Positions 17,458-24,000 of a stretch of 24,000 bases of DNA are shown in pieces. The position numbers and the translations under genes were made by a program. This DNA is from an uncultured Desulfobulbaceae bacterium (lineage in GTDB: Bacteria; Desulfobacterota; Desulfobulbia; Desulfobulbales; Desulfocapsaceae), in the NCBI GenBank assembly GCA_937910875.1, contig CALENA010000020.1:5019-29018 (forward strand), written 5' to 3'. Each line of letters starts with the position of its first letter. Within the stretch, counting starts at the first letter, position 1. The notes under the pieces were generated by a model. The model ran no database searches, was not told the origin of the DNA, and saw nothing but the letters and a program-made list of their open reading frames with translations.

Positions 17458-18558
17458 ATGAACACCCTGACAACCCTCTATTTTCCCCAGACCCGACTGC
17501 CCGCCCATCACCGACTGCCGCTCTTTCTCCTCTTTGATCAAGTCCACCTGATCCAGCCGGTGGAAGAAGCATCCGACCAAGGCCTAACGGGTGATCATTT
17601 CACGGATAGTACATTCTGTCAAGTTCATACTCCGGCACCACTGGGTCCCGACCGGGATCGATTCCTCCGGCTGGTCCAGGAGATCCACGAACGCAAGGAC
17701 AACTATTCCGCACAGCTCAGTTCACTGACCCTGGCCGGCCTGTCGGAACAAGGAAAGACCCAGGAGGGGTCTTCCAGCGAGATCCTCACCGCTCTGCTCA
17801 AACCGGACACAGCCGCCCGGAACCACGATCTCAGCAAGGAGGCGTTGTGGCAGGCGCGGCTGATTCTGAAAATCGGAGAGATTCTGGATCAGGAAGAAGA
17901 CGAGCTGAACCTGCAACTGGCAGAGCTGAGCGAACAGAAACAGCGTCTGTTCAAGGAACTGCAGGGGGAGACGGATGACCACGACAGCCATGATGATGAG
18001 GACGAACTTTTTGCCGAGATCCTGCAACGGCAGGAGCAGATCGGCCGCCCCTCCGGTTCCACCCTGCGCAACCGCTTCCGGGCCTGGCAAAAAATCTACA
18101 ACGCTGGCACGCTCCCTGTTCGTCCACTGGTCTGGACCACCCGCTGCCAGGAAACAGCCGAACTGATCTGCGACCGCTACGAGACCCGCACCGGCCACAG
18201 CACCCTGCCCCTGCTGCACCTGGAACTGCCGGTCAGACTCCCGGGCCTGGGGGCCGCCGACCTGATCACCGCCTTCCGGGACCAGACCTCAGACCTGCGG
18301 CAGACGCTGAACCGGCAACTGCACGAACTGGCGCGCGCCACCACCATCGACACAACCGAGGCCACCGGCCTGCTGCCCAAGGCCGAGGAACTGCAAGATC
18401 AATGGCAGGCGGCCCTGGACAATCACTTCCCCATCGCCCGCTCCGGACGCATCCCCCTGACCCTTCACCTGCTGGTCAACAGCCCCCTGGAGTCGTTGCT
18501 GACTGAAAACACGCGCAAGCCCCATGCAGGGCATGGGCTGCTGGCCGTCATCGGCTAG
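17458..18558 (+). CDS. Hypothetical protein (366 aa) with a central acidic coiled-coil-like segment
   Basis: This is the longest ORF in the interval, and no competing recognisable gene lies opposite. The central segment is EEDELNLQLAELSEQKQRLFKELQGETDDHDSHDDEDELFAEILQRQEQ. I recognise no family. There is no SD before ATG 17458 and no other in-frame ATG for a long distance, so the start is uncertain. Confidence 0.55.
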   Translation: MNTLTTLYFPQTRLPAHHRLPLFLLFDQVHLIQPVEEASDQGLTGDHFTDSTFCQVHTPAPLGPDRDRFLRLVQEIHERKDNYSAQLSSLTLAGLSEQGKTQEGSSSEILTALLKPDTAARNHDLSKEALWQARLILKIGEILDQEEDELNLQLAELSEQKQRLFKELQGETDDHDSHDDEDELFAEILQRQEQIGRPSGSTLRNRFRAWQKIYNAGTLPVRPLVWTTRCQETAELICDRYETRTGHSTLPLLHLELPVRLPGLGAADLITAFRDQTSDLRQTLNRQLHELARATTIDTTEATGLLPKAEELQDQWQAALDNHFPIARSGRIPLTLHLLVNSPLESLLTENTRKPHAGHGLLAVIG

Positions 18559-18593
18559 AACCGAGAGCCTCCGCTACCCAAACAGCCACCGAT

Positions 18594-19088
18594 CTACTTT
18601 GTTGCCTTCTTTCCGCAACAGGTATACGGATTAATGGTCAGGACCGGACAGGCGGCAATCTTGACCACCTTGTTGGCAACGCTGCCAAACATGATCCGCT
18701 CCAACCCCTTGTAGCCGTGGGTGCCCATGACGATCATGCATCCGGCCCGGCCCACAACATAATCAGCGATCTGCTCAGCCACATCACCGACCAGAACCTT
18801 GGACTCCAGACGACTGACCCCCATCTCCTTGTAAGCACTCTCATTCTCGTCGCAGAACTGGGACATTTTTTCCCGGGCATTGACGAGCAGGTCCTGCTCA
18901 AGCTCGGGCAGATTCATCTGCGGAACAAAAAAGCCTGAATAATCCTCGAGATTCTGAACCACAAAGATCAGGGTCAGCGAGGCCTTGAAACTGGCCGCCA
19001 CATAGGCCGCCGAATCAGCAACCAGCTGGGCGTTCTCAGAAAAATCAATGGGGGTCACAATCGTGGTGATCTTGGCAATACCTTGCAT
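18594..19088 (-). CDS. Universal stress protein (UspA family)
   Basis: Usp fold signatures (IVTPIDFSENA..., MIVMGTHGYKGLERIMFGSVANKVVKIAACPVLTI). ATG 19088 has GGAGGG 3 nt upstream. The 35-codon extension in the track ORF covers the conserved non-coding element. Confidence 0.9.
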   Translation of the reverse strand: MQGIAKITTIVTPIDFSENAQLVADSAAYVAASFKASLTLIFVVQNLEDYSGFFVPQMNLPELEQDLLVNAREKMSQFCDENESAYKEMGVSRLESKVLVGDVAEQIADYVVGRAGCMIVMGTHGYKGLERIMFGSVANKVVKIAACPVLTINPYTCCGKKATK

Positions 19089-19198
19089 AATCCCTCCGTC
19101 TTTTATCCGAAAGTTCATCGGAGACCATGACAGGCCATGCCGAAGGTGCGAACTTTCATGGTTGATTGCGGCTGGCCAATCTGGTCCAGCCATGCTGG
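19089..19198 (-). repeat. Conserved intergenic element, copy B (full length), immediately upstream of usp
   Basis: The reverse complement reads ACCAGCATGGCTGGACCAGATTGGCCAGCCGCAATCAACCATGAAAGTTCGCACCTTCGGCATGGCCTGTCATGGTCTCCGATGAACTTTCGGATAAAAGACGGAGGGATT, followed by the ATG. It aligns to 1697-1807. GAA-N2-TTC palindromes lie at 19109-19116 and 19150-19157. Confidence 0.7.
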
Positions 19199-19309
19199 TT
19201 TACATGAACGTTTCTGTCCCATCACACCTGATGGTACAGCCATTTTCCAGAATTCACCAATCGTTCAACTGAGTCACCTGCCGCTGCTGCCGCCCGAACC
19301 AAACGTCTG

Positions 19310-21475
19310 TTATCGGCCAAACAACCCCTTGAGCCCCTGTTGCAGAAGATTGGGAGCCTCGTCTTCAGCTGCCCCCTTCTTTGGATCGAGCTTCCGGCCC
19401 AACTCTTTCATGAGCAGATTTTTGACCTCACCCTTGAGCAGATCGGCCACTGCGGCACTCTGCTTGAGATCGGAAAAGGGCCCTGCGATCCGGTAGGGAA
19501 TGACCCTGCCACTGAATTCGGTCAGCCCCGTGGTGTCATTGCGATTCAGGCCTCTGGCTATACGAATGTCCAGTTGATAATCAAGGTGTTCATTGACCAG
19601 GTCGACCGTCCCGTGACCATTCACGGCCATCAGATCCGAAGTGGCCTGCAGGTCTTCATTGAAAACAACCCCGTTCTGGATCACACCGGTAGCGGTCAGA
19701 CGGGCAAAACCGGTTGCCTCCTCATCGGCAACCGTTGGCATGGCCTCGCCCCTGTAAAGGGCCCGAGCCGTCCGAATTACCTTGAGAACCTTGAGTTTTT
19801 TAACCTCACCGTCGGTACAGGCCAAACTGATCTTGCCGTTGGCCTGGGACACAAGCTGATCCCGGGTAACCCCGTGGCTGGTCACTGCCGCATCCAGACT
19901 GAGGGTGCCACTGAATTCATCTTTTCCGGTCATGGCCTGGGCCAGATCACCCAAGTTGACCCCCTTCAGCCCCTTCTGGGCACTCACTCTGGGATTGTCG
20001 GTTCGGGCGTCCACCTCCGCTTCAACGTGCAGGGTGCCACCATAGAGCATCGCATCCAACGGCTTGACCTGCAGACGGCCGTCAGCAACCGTGGCATGAA
20101 TGACGACCTGGCTCAGCTCTGCGCCACCTCCCTTGAGGGAATCAAGACGGAGATCAGCACCCAGCTTCAGCTGACGGAGCAGCGCCACGGGGATCAATGG
20201 CCCCCCTGCCCCGGGCTCTTCAGTGGGCTTGGCCAAGCCCTGCTCAGGTTTGGATTTGCCGGCCGAAACCACCCCGGCGGCCGGTTTTACCGCATAGCGA
20301 TCAAGATCAAGACGATCTCCATGAAGCTCCACCTCATACCTGGGTTGTGTCCCCAGGCCGAGTAGCGCTGCTCGTCCCTTGAGTGTACTCTGATCAAGCG
20401 TGATCACCAGCGGGGAAATCTCCAGACGCTGCCGGTCTCCCTGGGCCTTCAGCTCTGCCCCAAAACGGCTGAGGGCGTCGTCGGCCTGAAATGCCGGCAC
20501 CTCCAGCCCCAAATCCATGGCAAAAGATCTCGGTGAAAAGGGTTGCACGACCAGCACCGATTCAATCTTGAGTGTTGTGAAATCCTCCAGCCGGAAAGAG
20601 CCGCGCATCTCGATCTGGCCCAGACTCATCTTCAGATCGTCAACTGTTACCCGTTGTTTGAGCAGATCAATCTCAGCGGTTGCTCGCCCCTGTAATTCAA
20701 GCCCACCCTCAGGAAGACCGGGGCGCTGCAGCCGGGATCGGAGCTGAAAACCGGTCAGGAGGAACCGTTGCTCAGCCAGAAAAAGAGTCAGATCACCCTC
20801 CACATCGAGCCGGATCATACTGCGAACACCCTGCTCCTCCAGATCCAGGCCACCCCCGATTGTCAACGGAAACGAGGACCCGGAGCTGATCGGCCCAGCC
20901 GTCACCGCCACCTCTTTCAAGGTCAGATGCCGACCAGCCTGTTGATCCACCAGATCGACACTGATATTGGTCAAACGAATCAACCCCACCTCAAGAGCAC
21001 TGAGCCCCGGGGCCTCCGCCTTTTTCTTCGCGGATGACGGCGGCTCTTCTGAGGTCATCAGATCCTGCCAGTTGTTACTCCCGTCCTTGCTGCGATGAAG
21101 ATTGATACGCACCCCATCCAGAATCAAGCTCTTGATCTCAAGACGCCTCGAGGTCAAGAGCGGCCACAGGGCCAACTCGATCCGGGCCTGCTCGGCCGCG
21201 GCAAAATTCTGTTCCGGAAACCCCTGCCCAGCGGACGCATTGGCCAGACTGATCTGCCCCAGGCCAAAGACGACCTTGAGTTTCATAGAGACCGAGAGAT
21301 CAATCTTTCCAGGAATTGACAACTCCCGCCCGGTCCGCTCGTGGACGATCGTCACCAGCGACTCCTTGTAATCGTTGGGATCTACCAGGAGAGGCACTGC
21401 TATCATCAGCCCGGCCAGCACCAGCACCAGCCCGGCCACTCCAATTCCAAACCATTTCATCGTCTTTCCCATCAT
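19310..21475 (-). CDS. AsmA-family outer-membrane biogenesis / lipid-transport-related protein
   Basis: N-terminal membrane anchor and typical AsmA start (KWFGIGVAGLVLVLAGLMIAVPLLVDPNDYKESLVTIVHERTGRELSI). A long beta-rich body follows, with an AsmA_2-like C-terminus (...YRIAGPFSDLK...). Alternative starts at 21472 and 21460. Confidence 0.85.
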   Translation of the reverse strand: MMGKTMKWFGIGVAGLVLVLAGLMIAVPLLVDPNDYKESLVTIVHERTGRELSIPGKIDLSVSMKLKVVFGLGQISLANASAGQGFPEQNFAAAEQARIELALWPLLTSRRLEIKSLILDGVRINLHRSKDGSNNWQDLMTSEEPPSSAKKKAEAPGLSALEVGLIRLTNISVDLVDQQAGRHLTLKEVAVTAGPISSGSSFPLTIGGGLDLEEQGVRSMIRLDVEGDLTLFLAEQRFLLTGFQLRSRLQRPGLPEGGLELQGRATAEIDLLKQRVTVDDLKMSLGQIEMRGSFRLEDFTTLKIESVLVVQPFSPRSFAMDLGLEVPAFQADDALSRFGAELKAQGDRQRLEISPLVITLDQSTLKGRAALLGLGTQPRYEVELHGDRLDLDRYAVKPAAGVVSAGKSKPEQGLAKPTEEPGAGGPLIPVALLRQLKLGADLRLDSLKGGGAELSQVVIHATVADGRLQVKPLDAMLYGGTLHVEAEVDARTDNPRVSAQKGLKGVNLGDLAQAMTGKDEFSGTLSLDAAVTSHGVTRDQLVSQANGKISLACTDGEVKKLKVLKVIRTARALYRGEAMPTVADEEATGFARLTATGVIQNGVVFNEDLQATSDLMAVNGHGTVDLVNEHLDYQLDIRIARGLNRNDTTGLTEFSGRVIPYRIAGPFSDLKQSAAVADLLKGEVKNLLMKELGRKLDPKKGAAEDEAPNLLQQGLKGLFGR

Positions 21476-21558
21476 CTTTCCCTGCCTTCCATGGCTTGAC
21501 CCCGACTGCCCCTGCCGATCTTACGGGGACACCCCTCCTGATTCAGTATCGCACAGAA

Positions 21559-23574
<2,016 letters not shown>

Positions 23575-23763
23575 TCAACTCCGCTCCGAGAGCAGCTTGC
23601 CGCCGGTACTGATATTATCGCGCTCCACCTCATCGATAAAAATCGTAATTGACTCGACCGGCTTATTGGCCTCGCGGGCGATCACCTCAGTGACACCGCT
23701 GCAGATCTTTCCCTTCTGTTCCCTGGTTAAAGCCCCGGCGACCCGGATACTGACATAGGGCAT
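23575..23763 (-). CDS. 4-oxalocrotonate tautomerase family protein (62 aa)
   Basis: MPYVSIRVAG..LTREQKGKICSGVTEVIAREANKPVESITIFIDEV has the Pro-1 tautomerase architecture. A strong SD (AGGAAGGAGG) precedes ATG 23763. The stop lies 6 nt before the ligA start, so the two are probably co-transcribed. Confidence 0.85.
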   Translation of the reverse strand: MPYVSIRVAGALTREQKGKICSGVTEVIAREANKPVESITIFIDEVERDNISTGGKLLSERS

Positions 23764-23879
23764 GATATCCTCCTTCCTGTTGATCATTTTCGACCAGAAC
23801 ACCTTGCCGAGGTGCCCTTTCAGCCGCTCTCCGCATGAAATGCAAAGTCCCCAGTCCGCTTGCGGCGGGGAGCTCTCAA

Positions 23880-23950
23880 TTTTTTTATCCCAAAGTTCAC
23901 CAGAGACCATGACTGGCCGTGCCGGAACAACAAACTCTTTCATGTTCCAG
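23880..23950 (-). repeat. Conserved intergenic element, copy C (core ~70 nt), ~115 nt upstream of the tautomerase-ligA pair
   Basis: The reverse complement reads CTGGAACATGAAAGAGTTTGTTGTTCCGGCACGGCCAGTCATGGTCTCTGGTGAACTTTGGGATAAAAAAA. It shares the CATGAAAG, TTCCGGCA.GGCC, GTCATGGTCTC, TGAACTTT.GGATAAAA blocks with copies A and B. The 5' third is diverged. Confidence 0.55.
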
Positions 23951-24000
23951 GGCACCGTGGCCTGAAGCTTGCCACTGATTATACATCGTTTGTTGAGCAG

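Noticed and set aside
19101-19125. Reading the element's 3' module as a small riboswitch-like hairpin plus A-rich tail (preQ1-I-like architecture): TCCGA-TGAACTT-TCGGA-TAAAAG
   Set aside because: The stem is not maintained in copy A (TCCAA/TCGAA gives two mismatches, not compensatory). It is only partly maintained in copy C. The sequence does not match preQ1 or the other riboswitch consensus sequences I can recall.
19125-19145. Sigma-54 (-24/-12) promoter reading of CGGCATGGCCTGTCATGG within the element
   Set aside because: GG-N10-GC spacing is not satisfied in any copy, and there is no TGGCAC...TTGC pattern.
19089-19193. 35-codon N-terminal extension of usp; likewise 23764-23955 for the tautomerase gene, 15-161 for the GNAT gene, and 17458-17580 for the membrane ORF
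   Set aside because: The usp and tautomerase extensions cover the conserved non-coding element, and strong SD sequences precede the internal ATGs at 19088 and 23763. Frame is not conserved between element copies. The GNAT extension (15-161) is a non-homologous Arg-rich leader from a TTG start, whereas ATG 162 is preceded by GGAG. The membrane-ORF extension (17458-17580) would overlap the 366-aa ORF, and all of its candidate starts have only weak SDs.
19340-20365. 341-aa plus-strand ORF
   Set aside because: It is antisense to the AsmA-family gene, which has a clear N-terminal anchor and family-typical sequence. This is a shadow ORF.

Overview
This window is from a high-GC Gram-negative-type chromosome. 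AsmA, a Spy/CpxP-like periplasmic protein and RecBCD support that, but I cannot assign a taxon from sequence alone.

Plus strand, left side:
- A GNAT-nitrilase fusion enzyme and a SulP/STAS anion transporter.
- A roughly 4.8-kb lower-GC segment (about 3.7-8.5 kb). It holds two abutting gene remnants: a signal-peptide HCDTLDGPVV-family N-terminal fragment, then an internal flavodiiron/flavodoxin-domain fragment.
- The same segment also holds an SLC13/DASS permease with two TrkA-C domains, a TPR remnant, a membrane-anchored HD-GYP-type protein with a degenerate GYP motif, and a Spy/CpxP-like LTXXQ protein.

Right side, minus strand except the 366-aa ORF:
- An overlapping recC-recB-recD operon and a small 3-TM protein.
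- A 366-aa acidic coiled-coil hypothetical (plus strand) whose ATG abuts the membrane gene's ATG.
- A universal stress protein, an AsmA-family protein, and a tautomerase-ligA pair.

I saw no rRNA, tRNA, CRISPR array, transposase or integrase.

The most interesting unexplained signal is a conserved non-coding element of about 100 nt. It occurs in four oriented copies (1697-1807 +, 3741-3773 + partial, 19089-19198 -, about 23880-23950 -), each just upstream of a gene on the same strand. The two full-length copies carry paired GAA-N2-TTC palindromes 41 bp apart; all four end in ATAAAA followed by a purine-rich tract.

I do not see a clear multi-gene novel system such as a defence or secretion cluster. 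The remaining leads are the low-GC mosaic with gene decay, the head-to-head membrane/366-aa pair, a C9 tract in recB, and the little-studied GNAT-nitrilase fusion.
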